Assembly (NCBI GenBank): GCA_039194325.1
Contig: JBCCWC010000001.1
Span: 160,001 to 224,000 of the forward strand
DNA from: Myxococcota bacterium
Lineage (GTDB): Bacteria; Myxococcota_A; Polyangia; Nannocystales; Nannocystaceae
Reading direction: 5' to 3'
Length of the DNA stretch: 64,000 nucleotides
Part shown: positions 45,433-55,190 of the stretch, piece after piece
Layout of the letters: each line of letters starts with the position of its first letter
Numbering within the stretch: position 1 is the stretch's first letter
The notes under the pieces: generated by a model
The model's database searches: none
The model's input: only the letters and a program-made list of their open reading frames with translations
Told to the model about the DNA's origin: nothing
Made by a program: the position numbers and the translations under genes

Positions 45433-46677
45433 ATGAAGGCGCTCGTACACGGGCTAGAGGGAACCGTGTTGACCGAAACCCGGCTGTCCATGGTCGACAG
45501 CCAGCAGGGCAAGTTCGTGCTCGGAGGGTTTCCGGTCGAGACGCTCGCCCCCCGGGCGCACTACGAAGAGGCGCTGTTCTTGCTCTGGCACGGGCACCTG
45601 CCCACGGCCTCGGCGCTGAGCGAGCTACGAGCCGAGCTGGCCGAAGCCGCGTCGTTGCCAGGCGAGACGATCGATCTGCTCAGAGCGGCCGCCGAGCGCA
45701 AGCTCCCCCCCATGGACGCGCTGAGCATGGGCTTGGCCACGGTTGGACTGCACCACCGTAACACCAACGTGGTGAGGCTCGTCGAGGCAGACACCGCCGC
45801 CAACCGGCAGCGCGCCCTGAAGGTCGTAGCAGCGGTCCCCGCAATCATCGGGGCCTACCATCGATTGCGCGCCAACCTACCGCCCGTGCCTCCCGATCCG
45901 AAGCTCGGCCACGCGGCCAATTACTTGTACATGCTGGGCGGTGAGATCCCGTCGGCCACCCACGTAAGCGCCCTCGATGCCTACCTCAACGTCGCGATCG
46001 ATCATGGCGTGAACGACTCCACCTTCGCCGCCCGGGTCATCGCCAGCACCTGCACCGACGTGGTCTCGGCCGTGCTCGGAGCCCTCGGTGCGCTCAAAGA
46101 TCCGCAGCGCAGCAAGATCCCGGGGCCCGGGCTCGAGATGGTCACCGCGCTCGAGATGGTCTTCGCGCTCGTGGCCCAGGCCGAGCGTCAGGATCGCCCC
46201 CTCGCCGAGGTGACCGAGGCCCACGTGCGCCACGCGGTCCGCAGCGACAGTCGGCTCATGGGCTTTGGTCACCGTGCCTACCGGTCTCGGGATCCCCGGG
46301 CCGAGGTACTCAGCCAGGTCCTGCAGCGGTTGTTTCCTTCCGAGGGCGACAACCCCTTGGTCGATGCGGCGCGGGTGATCGAGTGGGTCGTGCTGCGGGT
46401 GCTCGCCGAGCTCGAGCCTCACCGGCCGCTGGCGACCAACGTGGAGTTCTACACGGCGCTGCTGCTTCACTCGCTCGGGCTGCCCACCGCCGCCTTCACG
46501 CCGACCTTCGCGGTCGCCCGGGTAGGCGGCTGGACGGCACACGTGCTCGAGCAAGTTCAAGAGGATCGGCTGATCCGTCCCCGCTCGACCTATGTGGGCG
46601 TGATCGATCGCGCATGGGTGCCGATGGGCGAGCGCAGCTCCACCATCGCTTGCCACCATAGCCTGAAAGATCGCTAG
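45433..46677 (+). CDS. citrate synthase family protein with degenerate active site
   Basis: GLEG, DHGVNDSTF, MGFGHRAY..RDPRA, NVEFY, RLIRP present; GPLHGGA replaced by DPQRSKI. Confidence 0.85.
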   Translation: MKALVHGLEGTVLTETRLSMVDSQQGKFVLGGFPVETLAPRAHYEEALFLLWHGHLPTASALSELRAELAEAASLPGETIDLLRAAAERKLPPMDALSMGLATVGLHHRNTNVVRLVEADTAANRQRALKVVAAVPAIIGAYHRLRANLPPVPPDPKLGHAANYLYMLGGEIPSATHVSALDAYLNVAIDHGVNDSTFAARVIASTCTDVVSAVLGALGALKDPQRSKIPGPGLEMVTALEMVFALVAQAERQDRPLAEVTEAHVRHAVRSDSRLMGFGHRAYRSRDPRAEVLSQVLQRLFPSEGDNPLVDAARVIEWVVLRVLAELEPHRPLATNVEFYTALLLHSLGLPTAAFTPTFAVARVGGWTAHVLEQVQEDRLIRPRSTYVGVIDRAWVPMGERSSTIACHHSLKDR

Positions 46678-46837
46678 CCCAGCTCACCACTCGCGGTGCG
46701 GGTAAAACATCGGCCGGGGGCCGGGGGCCGGGGGCCCCGCTACCGCGGGACGTGCCACGGGAGCTCGGCGGCGCAGGTTACTGGACCTCGGTCAGCAACT
46801 TGACACCGCGACCCCGGCCGGGCGTCCCGAACATTGA

Positions 46838-46851
46838 TTTCGACTCGAAAC
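46838..46851. promoter_or_regulatory. palindromic operator candidate, copy 2
   Basis: TTTCGA-C-TCGAAAC downstream of TTGACA (46800-46805). Confidence 0.5.
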
Positions 46852-47017
46852 GGCCACTTCGAGCGAATCAGCGACGTGCGACGCGGGCGAGCGATCATCG
46901 ACGCGGCCGGGGTGAAATTCTCGTTGAAGAAGCGGACGGCCCCGATCGTGACAGGGGCGTACTCCGTTCGTCACTCGCCCCGCTCGACCCCCCGTCGAGC
47001 AACCTGGAGAGAACTGA

Positions 47018-47644
47018 ATGCCGAAATACGCCGATTTCCACGACCGGGCTGGAAACAAGATGACCTTTCTCGAGATCCTCGACCTGTGCAAGCAGTCGTA
47101 CAACGACTTGCAGAACCAGCGAAAGGTACAGATCGCCGGGCAGGAAATGAGCGTCGAGAACAACAGGGTCAGCGGGGGCTTTGCCGCCTACAAGATCAAA
47201 AAGCCCAACGGCTGGACGGCGATCGTATTCCGCGGCAGCGATGACTGGCGAGACTGGGTGCTCAACAACGTCCCGGGCGCCGTGCTGCCCGTGCCCCCGC
47301 CGCAGTACGGGACGGGTCGCCAGTTCGCCAAGCAGCACGACGACAACTGCGTGCTGGTCGGGCACTCGCTGGGCGGAGGCATCGCGAGCTACGCGGCCGC
47401 GCAGAACGGCCAGCACGCCGCCACGATCTTTCCCGCCCCGATCAACCCAGTGTGGCTGACCTTCCCGCTCCCCGTGTGGCCGGCCAAGGGCACCACCGTC
47501 CAGAACTACGTGTGCTCGGGCGAGGTGCTCACCGTGGCGGCAGCGGCGTCCCTCAAGATGCGCCGCTACGGGACCGATGTCTGGGTCGAGTCGACCGGGG
47601 GCGGTCCGATCGAGAAGCACGCGCTCACTGCGATCAAGACCTGA
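47018..47644 (+). CDS. small lipase-like alpha/beta hydrolase (class 3/DUF2974-like)
   Basis: IVFRGSD..DW, GHSLGGG, C-terminal His. Confidence 0.8.
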   Translation: MPKYADFHDRAGNKMTFLEILDLCKQSYNDLQNQRKVQIAGQEMSVENNRVSGGFAAYKIKKPNGWTAIVFRGSDDWRDWVLNNVPGAVLPVPPPQYGTGRQFAKQHDDNCVLVGHSLGGGIASYAAAQNGQHAATIFPAPINPVWLTFPLPVWPAKGTTVQNYVCSGEVLTVAAAASLKMRRYGTDVWVESTGGGPIEKHALTAIKT

Positions 47645-47710
47645 TCGACGACTCGGGCGCACCCGACCGGTCGGCTGCACCCCACCAACGACGGAGACAC
47701 CCCGAAGCGA

Positions 47711-48517
47711 TCAGCCCGCCGGGGCGTCGCCGGGCGTGTCACCTTCGCCCTGCGGCGTGAAGACCCGCGCTCGCTCGCTCTCGTTGAGCGCGTCGTTGAG
47801 GATCACCTCGACCTTCGCGGTCTCCCACTTGCCGTCTACGGTGGAGACCTGCACCCGGTACTGCCGGCCGTGGATCACCAGCCGCGCCTCCGAGTTGAAC
47901 CAGCTCCAGACGGTGACCCCCTCTTGGGGGTTGTCGAGCTTGGCCACGCCCGGCAAGGTCAAGCCCACCTTCTGGAGCGCCTGCTTGGGCGCAAACGTGC
48001 CCGCACCGGGGATCTTCTCGAACGCTACCGCCGTGGACTTGCCATCCTCGTAGGTCACCTGGACCACCCCGAACGTCTCGGTCTTGTCGGAGTAGCGCTG
48101 CCAGGCGTGCTGGCACCGAAACCACGTGCGCTCCGGTAGGAAGCGCACGCACGACTTGCGCATGCCACCCTTTTGGTCGGGCAAGGGCGGGCCCAGCAGC
48201 GTCTCGACCTTGGTCGGAGGTTGGCCCAACAGCTCGACCAGGGGTAGCGCCTTGCCCTCGAGGACCCTCGCTAGAGGCTTGCCGTCGTCGTGCCGGGTCG
48301 GCACGGCCGGGATCTTCTTGCCCTGGCCCGATGGGTCGCCCCCCGGAGCCTTCGCGTCCGCCTTTGCCGGCGCCTTGGTCGGGGCGGTCTTGACCTGAGC
48401 GGTCTTGGCCGCGGCGCTTGGGTCCTTTGGATCGGCGCCTGGAGCCGCCGCGCTATAGGGGTCACCTGAGCAGGCGAGCACCAGAGCTCCCCAGACGATC
48501 AGCGGCCAGTGGCTCAT
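47711..48517 (-). CDS. hypothetical lipoprotein
   Basis: Lipobox VLAC followed by an Ala/Pro/Lys linker. Confidence 0.7.
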   Translation of the reverse strand: MSHWPLIVWGALVLACSGDPYSAAAPGADPKDPSAAAKTAQVKTAPTKAPAKADAKAPGGDPSGQGKKIPAVPTRHDDGKPLARVLEGKALPLVELLGQPPTKVETLLGPPLPDQKGGMRKSCVRFLPERTWFRCQHAWQRYSDKTETFGVVQVTYEDGKSTAVAFEKIPGAGTFAPKQALQKVGLTLPGVAKLDNPQEGVTVWSWFNSEARLVIHGRQYRVQVSTVDGKWETAKVEVILNDALNESERARVFTPQGEGDTPGDAPAG

Positions 48518-48592
48518 GCGGCGGGCTCGCACCATGGCGCGCAGAGTACCGCGACGCCCGCGTCCGTCCCACGTGCTACCATTCGGACTCGC

Positions 48593-48674
<82 letters not shown>

Positions 48675-48760
48675 CTCGTGGTTGGCCTGGCCCGCTCTGG
48701 TCGTGGTGGTGAGCCCACCCGCGACGAAGCACCTGGACGAGGAGAGAGGCTCTGGGGCTG

Positions 48761-49912
48761 CTACCGCGGCACAACAGAGATCCCGAGCGTCTGCGACTGC
48801 TGCGACCAGTCGGAGACGAAATCGACTAGCCAGGTGCAGCGCGCCAGCGTGAAGTTCAGCTCCTCGCTCATCGTCGCCGTGATCGTGAAGCCGGTCTCCA
48901 GCTGCGGGTCCTGGAGGTCGTCCGGATGACAGTCGTGGCCCAGTAGCGAGATCGAGCCCGAGGTTCCGCTGAGCCAGACCGTGACCGGGCTGGGCTCGTC
49001 TGTCGTGAAGCACACACCGGTCGGCGCGCTGACGACGTAGGAACCGAAGTGGCCGAGGGTACCGGCATCGCTGCAGTCCAAAGTGGCCTCTGCATCGAAA
49101 CCGGCGCCCAGCGGTACCAGCTCATGACAAGGGGGGAGCGTGGTGTACCGCGTCTCCCAGGTCCCCTTGCGCCAGCGCTCATCGAGCTGCTCAAGTGACT
49201 CGCCCAGGTGAGCTTCGAAGAGATCGCTCAACGCACTGGGGTAGCCCGGATCGGAAAGCACCGTAAGTACCGGGGCCTGCCCGTACTCGTCCATCAGGAA
49301 CGAGAGGAAGTGCGCCCCGTAGGCGTAACGCTCCACTCCGACTTCTTCGGGTGAGAGCTCAAGAAGCTCGAGCATGCTACGCGGCTCGAGGGTCGACACG
49401 CCGATGCTCTGACCACGTGAAGGGCGTTCGTTGCCCAAGATCACCGCCAATCCCTCCTCGAGTATGGAGGGACCGCGGATACCATGAAGTTGGCGGATCG
49501 CATGGACCAACTCGTGGACCTGCACCGCGTAGGAGGTGCTCATCCGAGTCTCGCAGCCGTAGCCCCGGACGCAGCCGCCTTCCAGGGAGCCCTGATCGTA
49601 CTCGCACGCCTCGATCGCGGCCGATACACCGTAGTCGACGATGAACGGAGCCTCGATCGGCAGCCCCATGAGGCCGACGAGGCGCTCGACTTCGGTATCG
49701 AGCATGTCTAGAGTTCCCGCACAGACCGGGCCACCGGTGTGGTTGACGAGCCGCAGGTACCGGGTCTGGTAGTCGACCGTGATCCCGTCCTCGGTGCACA
49801 TGGGCCAGGCATCGACCGGATGAGGGGAGTCGTCCCCCGAGGACATGGCCTCGGGGGACGCGCAGGCCGCCGCCAGTAGCATGACCGGAAGCCATGCCCG
49901 GACGGAGCTCAC
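48761..49912 (-). CDS. lipoprotein, putative gluzincin-type zinc metallopeptidase
   Basis: LLAAAC lipobox; HELVH followed by EEGLA. Confidence 0.7.
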   Translation of the reverse strand: MSSVRAWLPVMLLAAACASPEAMSSGDDSPHPVDAWPMCTEDGITVDYQTRYLRLVNHTGGPVCAGTLDMLDTEVERLVGLMGLPIEAPFIVDYGVSAAIEACEYDQGSLEGGCVRGYGCETRMSTSYAVQVHELVHAIRQLHGIRGPSILEEGLAVILGNERPSRGQSIGVSTLEPRSMLELLELSPEEVGVERYAYGAHFLSFLMDEYGQAPVLTVLSDPGYPSALSDLFEAHLGESLEQLDERWRKGTWETRYTTLPPCHELVPLGAGFDAEATLDCSDAGTLGHFGSYVVSAPTGVCFTTDEPSPVTVWLSGTSGSISLLGHDCHPDDLQDPQLETGFTITATMSEELNFTLARCTWLVDFVSDWSQQSQTLGISVVPR

Positions 49913-50125
49913 TGGCAAGACCTCAGATAGTTCATGGCAGTCGCGGTCCGACCGCTCGCGTCGACGGTCATCAGCAGCACGGCGTGGCTCCCGGCCGGGA
50001 GCACGGCCTCGACGGTGTCGCTGCTGCCGAGCGTGAACGGGGGAAGCCACCACTGATACGATACCGGTTCTTCAGTCGCCGCGAAGAAGACCACCGGCTC
50101 GTTGCAATCGAGCGACGCCTCCGTT
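49909..50125 (-). pseudogene. possible 3' remnant of a PKD/Ig-like domain gene
   Basis: SYQW...G....LPAGSH.V.L...D.SG pattern; GTGA overlap with the peptidase start; no credible start before the divergent GNAT gene. Confidence 0.35.
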
Positions 50126-50158
50126 TGTTTAATGCAATGGTCCGGTCGGGACCCCCGC

Positions 50159-50944
50159 ATGACCAGGTTGGAGACGAAGGCATTCCTCGACCGGCTCGAC
50201 CGCGAGCGCAAAGCCATGGGCACCCCGTCCGAGGCCGGAATCCGGACCGACTTCTCACACGACCGCACTGGCTGCGCCGTGGTCTACGGTAGTTGCTCCG
50301 TGGGCCGGATCGATGCCGTGATCCGCAAGGAGGTGGCTCGTGCCGACGCTCAGGGGTACGCGATAGACTGGAAGGTCTACGGGCACGACCAACCGAATGA
50401 CCTCCGGGAACGGCTCATGGCTGCGGGTTTCGAGCCAGAGCCGGAGGAACAGGTACTCGTGCTGGCATTGGATCCCGATGCACTGGTCCAGTTCCCGGAG
50501 TCCGCGGTGGTGGTCGAGCAAGTCGTGGGGCGTACCGGCCTGGACGACGTAGCCGAGATCTCACGCGAGATCGGACGAACCCATGTGGAGCAAGAAAGGG
50601 AGGGCTTCGCGAGGCTCATGGCGACCCGACCCGACCATATGACCATCTTCATCGCCCGTGTGGACGACGTTCCAGCCGCTTGCGGACGCATCTACTTCTA
50701 CGACGCGGGCGGATTCGCCGAGCTGTGTGGCGGCCGCACCAAGACGACGTTTCGGAACCGCGGGCTATACCTTGCCATCGTTCGCGCCCGGCTGGCCGAG
50801 GCCCTGCGGCGAGGTTACTCCTATGTCCCAGTAGATGCCCTGCCCACGTCGGAGCCACTGCTCCGCAAGCGAGGCTTCGAGCAGGTCACCTGGACCCAGC
50901 CGCTAGTCTACCGACCCGCCAAGGCCAGCTCGATCGACCCATGA
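50159..50944 (+). CDS. GNAT family N-acetyltransferase
   Basis: GGRT...FRNRGLY acetyl-CoA motif; S.PLL.KRGF. Confidence 0.85.
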   Translation: MTRLETKAFLDRLDRERKAMGTPSEAGIRTDFSHDRTGCAVVYGSCSVGRIDAVIRKEVARADAQGYAIDWKVYGHDQPNDLRERLMAAGFEPEPEEQVLVLALDPDALVQFPESAVVVEQVVGRTGLDDVAEISREIGRTHVEQEREGFARLMATRPDHMTIFIARVDDVPAACGRIYFYDAGGFAELCGGRTKTTFRNRGLYLAIVRARLAEALRRGYSYVPVDALPTSEPLLRKRGFEQVTWTQPLVYRPAKASSIDP

Positions 50945-51020
50945 ACCAGCATCGACCCACCTGACGGAGAATCACCGCTAGACGACGCTCTCCCGACCAC
51001 GCTGTCGGCGACGGGCTGCC

Positions 51021-51758
51021 TCAGCGTCCCCCCGCGAGCGTTCCAACATCTCGCAGCGGCACCCCAGCCCGATGAAGCTCCAGGTCCAGGCTGAACAGGT
51101 GCTCGTCGACCGTGAACACCAGGCGGTATCCATCGGTGTCTACACGGGTCAGCAGCCCCTGGCTGCTCACGTGCACGCGACGACGTGGCGTGCGTCGCCA
51201 CCAGTCGTGCTGTCGACTATGCACCGTCAGCTCGTGCTCCAAGGTCAGCGGCGGCGGGGCCTTCTTGCGGCGCGACACCTCGGCCACCCGGGGGGTCGCG
51301 TGCAGCACCAGGTCCACCTCGAGATCGCCGCCATCGAGCCGAAGCGTCTGATCCACGGTAGCGTTCATCCCCAGCAGCGTGGTCACCACCGGCTGCGAGA
51401 GCAGCTTGCTCTGCGCGTCGACGTCGGGATCGGGCGCCCCGACCGGCTGCTCGTTGTCTGGATGCAGCCGCAAGGTCGCGCGGAGCTGGACCGCCTGCGG
51501 GTTGGCCAGCTCAGCCGAGAACTCCTGGGGCGGCGCATCACCCACCAGTTGGGCCACGTCGCCCTTGCCCACCCGAACCTCCGGCGGCGGCGAGAAATCG
51601 ACCGCCTCGGTCACCACCAGCACTGCGCCAGCGGCCAGCGCCAGGTAGGCATTGCGCCGCAACCATCCCAGACTACGCCCTAGCCAGGCGGCAGCGGCCG
51701 ACGCACGCGTAGGATCTTCGACGCTATCGTCCACCGCGCGTGAGGGCTCTTCGGGCAC
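51021..51758 (-). CDS. hypothetical membrane-anchored protein
   Basis: Single N-terminal hydrophobic helix; host-like codon bias. Confidence 0.6.
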   Translation of the reverse strand: MPEEPSRAVDDSVEDPTRASAAAAWLGRSLGWLRRNAYLALAAGAVLVVTEAVDFSPPPEVRVGKGDVAQLVGDAPPQEFSAELANPQAVQLRATLRLHPDNEQPVGAPDPDVDAQSKLLSQPVVTTLLGMNATVDQTLRLDGGDLEVDLVLHATPRVAEVSRRKKAPPPLTLEHELTVHSRQHDWWRRTPRRRVHVSSQGLLTRVDTDGYRLVFTVDEHLFSLDLELHRAGVPLRDVGTLAGGR

Positions 51759-51860
51759 CCGCCGACGCTGGCACGCCGGCTCCGGTACCGCAAAAAATCG
51801 ACGAAACCGCTCGACCTCGCCGCTCGACCTACCGCCGCTCGACCTACCGCCACTCGCCGC

Positions 51861-52451
51861 TCACAGCCGCTCGATGACCACCTCGTAGACCCGGCTGCAC
51901 AGCGCGGTCTGCTGGGTCCACTCAACCTCGACCAGAGGACACTCGGACGAGACCGTGAATTCCAGCTCGTCGACGAACAGCCCGTCGTAGGCGACCGACT
52001 CCTGCGCCAGGATCTCCCCGGACTCCAGGCGCACCGCGACCAGGTAATCGATCATCCCGCTAGCTCCGCCATTGATCGTCAGCCGATACGCCCCAGCCGG
52101 CAGACGCTCGAGCGGCCCCGCCACGGCCAGGCACGGCTCGCACCCGCACCAATCGGTGTCGCACGACTCGCCGCACTCGTGCGTGAAGCGAGGATCGTTG
52201 CCCTCCAGGACCAGTGGATCCGCGAGGTTCGTCTCTGGGCAGTTGCCTGACTCACCCCCAGCCGAGGACTCGGCATCCACCGAGCCGTTCGTCGTGCCCC
52301 CCACGGTACTACTGTGCACGGCGCCATCGGTGCCCTCGCCGCTCGACGTCCGAGTCACCTCCGTGAAGATCGTCCCGTCCACGGAGCCGCACGCGACCAG
52401 GCCCCCCAGGCTCGCCAGCCATAGCCAGCGCCCCGTGGGAGGCCTGATCAC
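51861..52451 (-). CDS. hypothetical Cys-containing lipoprotein
   Basis: LWLASLGGLVAC lipobox; directly follows the FecR-like gene. Confidence 0.6.
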   Translation of the reverse strand: MIRPPTGRWLWLASLGGLVACGSVDGTIFTEVTRTSSGEGTDGAVHSSTVGGTTNGSVDAESSAGGESGNCPETNLADPLVLEGNDPRFTHECGESCDTDWCGCEPCLAVAGPLERLPAGAYRLTINGGASGMIDYLVAVRLESGEILAQESVAYDGLFVDELEFTVSSECPLVEVEWTQQTALCSRVYEVVIERL

Positions 52452-52455
52452 GTGC

Positions 52456-53598
52456 TCAATGGTCACCCGCAACGAGAACACGATGAACCTTGTCGACCCG
52501 CGGCCCCTGAGGGTAGCGCGACACGTAGTCACGAGCGAGGCGCTGGGCACGAGCTTCGTCACCGGCCGCCGCCCAAGCCTCGACCTCGCGGGCGAGCGCA
52601 TGCTCCACCAACGAGGTCTCGCCCATCTCGCGCACGCGAGCAAAGTGCTTGGCGGCCTTGCGGTAGCGACCCCGACCAAACTCGATCCGCCCGATCGTAA
52701 AGGCGGCGAGCGGCGCTCGCGAGTCGGCGGGGTGCTCCTCCACGACACGCCGCAAGTAGGGGAGCGCGGCCGCGGGATGCCCCGCCTTGCGAGCCACGTC
52801 GGCCGCGAGCATCAGCTCCTCGGCGCGGTTGGCCACCGCCTCACCCGCCCGCAGTGCCTCGTAGGCCGCGGTCGCCTCCCCCTTGCGCGCGAGCCGGCGC
52901 CAGCGAGCACCCGAGCTCGACGCCGGGGCTCGTCGCTCGGGTGAAGGCTCGGCCGCCACCGGAGGAAACACGCCCGACTCTCCGCGCCGCAGGAGCGAAG
53001 AACCACCGGGCCACGACACCGAGACCCGACCTCGGATCACCTCGACGGTCACTCGACCATCCTGCCGAAGACAGTGGAATTCCGTCCCCAGCACATCGAC
53101 GGTCACCAGCCCCATCTCCACTCGAAACTGACGATCTAGCCGCGGTGTCACATCGAAGCGCGCCCCTCCGCGTCTCAGCTCGACCCGGGTCAGATCCGCT
53201 CCGGCCTCGGCGATCACCAAGTCGCTCCCTTCGTCGTCCGGTATGACCGCGCTCCCGTCCCGGAACTGCAGCGGGGTCACCACCGGCGCCGTTCGGGGAG
53301 GTGTCGAGGGACTCGACTGCAACGGATCTGCGACCTGCGGCCGAGCGTCGACGATCGGGCCGTCCGGCGAGGGATCGAGCGAAAGCACGGGCACCGCCGC
53401 GTCGCCGCCGCTCCGCCACACACCGCTCCACCACACCAGGATCAGGGCCGCCGCCGCCATGGTCACCGCCGAGATCGCGATCCACCGGACCGCACGCGGG
53501 CGCTCGGCTTGCTGCAATCGCCGAAGCACCGCGTCCTCTCGCTGTGCGGTCCAGTCCGGGGTCGTCAAGGCCCGCAGGCGATCGGGATCGAGCATCAT
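52456..53598 (-). CDS. FecR-domain/TPR anti-sigma factor-like protein
   Basis: TM helix, L.RG.ARFDV, V.VLGTEF, V.V.RG.V, C-terminal TPR-like helices; ATGA overlap with the sigma stop. Confidence 0.85.
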   Translation of the reverse strand: MMLDPDRLRALTTPDWTAQREDAVLRRLQQAERPRAVRWIAISAVTMAAAALILVWWSGVWRSGGDAAVPVLSLDPSPDGPIVDARPQVADPLQSSPSTPPRTAPVVTPLQFRDGSAVIPDDEGSDLVIAEAGADLTRVELRRGGARFDVTPRLDRQFRVEMGLVTVDVLGTEFHCLRQDGRVTVEVIRGRVSVSWPGGSSLLRRGESGVFPPVAAEPSPERRAPASSSGARWRRLARKGEATAAYEALRAGEAVANRAEELMLAADVARKAGHPAAALPYLRRVVEEHPADSRAPLAAFTIGRIEFGRGRYRKAAKHFARVREMGETSLVEHALAREVEAWAAAGDEARAQRLARDYVSRYPQGPRVDKVHRVLVAGDH

Positions 53599-54173
53599 CG
53601 AGCAACCTCCCCGAGCGTGCGATCGGCGGCCGAGATCCTCCGCTTCGCCGTCGCCAGCGAGCAGCCACACATCTGCGCCACCGCGTCGAGCTGCGCCCCG
53701 TGAATGCGACGCAGGATCCACGCGATCCGCTCCTCGGTGCGCAGTGTCGAGAGCCGCGAGTATGCACCGTGCACATAGTCGTAGTCGTCGGGGGACAGCG
53801 ACGACGTGGGCACATGATCGGCCTCGACGGCTCCGAGCCCGACCAGCCGCCGGAACCGGGCTCGGTGCAGCGCGCGGCGGGTCACCCGAACGGTGATCGT
53901 GCCCAACCAGCCCTCGATCGCCCGCGGGTCGCGGAGCTTGGGCAGCGAGCGGCGAGCCTGTAGGAAGGTGTCGTGCACGATGTCGTCGACGTCGTCGGGC
54001 TTGCCGAGCAGGCGTAGGGCGATGGTGGCCACGTACCGGGCGTAACGCCGATAGACGGCCTCGAAGGAGGGAATGCGTGGCTCGACCGGCTCGACCGGCT
54101 CGACCGGCTCGACCGGCTCGCTCTCGTGGATGATGCGCAGCGTCGCGCTGCGGGCCTGGCTGCTCGTTGCCGT
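53595..54173 (-). CDS. ECF RNA polymerase sigma factor (no canonical start upstream of region 2; ACG at 54173 proposed)
   Basis: FEAVYRRY...DDIVHDTFL...GWL region 2; VAQMCGCSLATAKRRI region 4. Confidence 0.85.
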   Translation of the reverse strand, partial: TATSSQARSATLRIIHESEPVEPVEPVEPVEPRIPSFEAVYRRYARYVATIALRLLGKPDDVDDIVHDTFLQARRSLPKLRDPRAIEGWLGTITVRVTRRALHRARFRRLVGLGAVEADHVPTSSLSPDDYDYVHGAYSRLSTLRTEERIAWILRRIHGAQLDAVAQMCGCSLATAKRRISAADRTLGEVAR

Positions 54174-54197
54174 AGGTGCGTCGTCCTCTCGCCCAGT

Positions 54198-54227
54198 AGG
54201 TTGCCACCCGAGGGCAAAAACGGCTCA
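54198..54227 (-). promoter_or_regulatory. ECF-type promoter candidate
   Basis: TGAGCCG-N15-GGCAACCT; matches 56507-56536. Confidence 0.6.
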
Positions 54228-55136
54228 TCGCCCCAGCCGAATACCCCCGCCCAAACTCACACCGAACCACGGGCCACCTGAGGTGAACACCAGATCATCC
54301 CCCGAGAACCCGCGGATCTCCCGCAATGTCCAGCCCGCATCGAGATGGGTCGCGATCACGCCTCGCTGCCCGATCGGCCCCACCACCCCGAACGAGACCA
54401 ACGGCGACCACGTGAGGCCGCGATGGCGACCACCGAGCACATCGGAGCGCCCGGGAATTCCGCGGATCCACCGCTCGCCGACCCGAGCCCCCGCGCCGAT
54501 CTCGAGCATGACCGCACCTACATCGAAGGTCGCCAGCGCAGCCCCGGCGCCTCCGACGAAGCCGAGACGAACGAGATCGGCACCGATCCGGCGCGCACCC
54601 CCCAGACCCATGAGCTCGGCCCGCAGACTCAGCCAACGCCAGATCCGCCCCCCGACCACAACGCCGCCCCCTCCGGCAGGTAGCCCCGGCTGGCCACCGA
54701 GCTCGAACCGTGGGCCCACCGTGACCCAACCCGAAGGCCACATTGGCGCGGCCGATGCTTCCTCGGCGGGATCGCTCGCCCTCGCGGGAGCATTCGCAGA
54801 AGACGGACTGGCCGGCGACTCGGGGGCACTTGCCGGATCCATCGAGCTCTCGACCAGCTCCGCGAGCTCGACCGCGAGATAGCGCTCGGGTGCGTCTCCC
54901 ACCGCGGCCGTCCGTAGTGAGCGCTGCACCGGCGCTCGCCCGTCCTCGGCATGAACGGTGACCACAAAGACCTCGGGCTCACATCGGATCGTCGCCGTGC
55001 GAGCACTGATCGGCCGCGACAGCTCGAGCGCGGTCAGCTCCCGCAGCGCCTGCTCATCGAGCCCCGGGCAGTCTTCCAGCCGCAACCATGGATCCGGAGC
55101 CACGATCAGCAACGCCAGGACCGCCCCCTTCACCAC
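54225..55136 (-). CDS. hypothetical exported protein, C-terminus rich in beta strands
   Basis: N-terminal hydrophobic segment and amphipathic Gly-rich strands; adjacent to the ECF/FecR pair. Confidence 0.65.
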   Translation of the reverse strand: MVKGAVLALLIVAPDPWLRLEDCPGLDEQALRELTALELSRPISARTATIRCEPEVFVVTVHAEDGRAPVQRSLRTAAVGDAPERYLAVELAELVESSMDPASAPESPASPSSANAPARASDPAEEASAAPMWPSGWVTVGPRFELGGQPGLPAGGGGVVVGGRIWRWLSLRAELMGLGGARRIGADLVRLGFVGGAGAALATFDVGAVMLEIGAGARVGERWIRGIPGRSDVLGGRHRGLTWSPLVSFGVVGPIGQRGVIATHLDAGWTLREIRGFSGDDLVFTSGGPWFGVSLGGGIRLGR

Positions 55137-55190
55137 GCTCGCCAGGGTGAACGACCGGTGCCACCGTCGTCAATGGCCCCGGAACGTCCA

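Noticed and set aside
46714..46736. (ccggggg)3 as a G-quadruplex
   Set aside because: Only three G-tracts; more simply a short tandem repeat after a stop codon
54225..54227. Sec or read-through at the TGA joining 54225-55136 to the sigma frame
   Set aside because: No redox motif or SECIS-like hairpin, and an exported protein fused ahead of a sigma factor is implausible
53599..54270. 604-aa ORF extending the FecR protein upstream
   Set aside because: The extension overlaps the sigma gene in another frame and is low-complexity; ATG 53598 is coupled to the sigma stop
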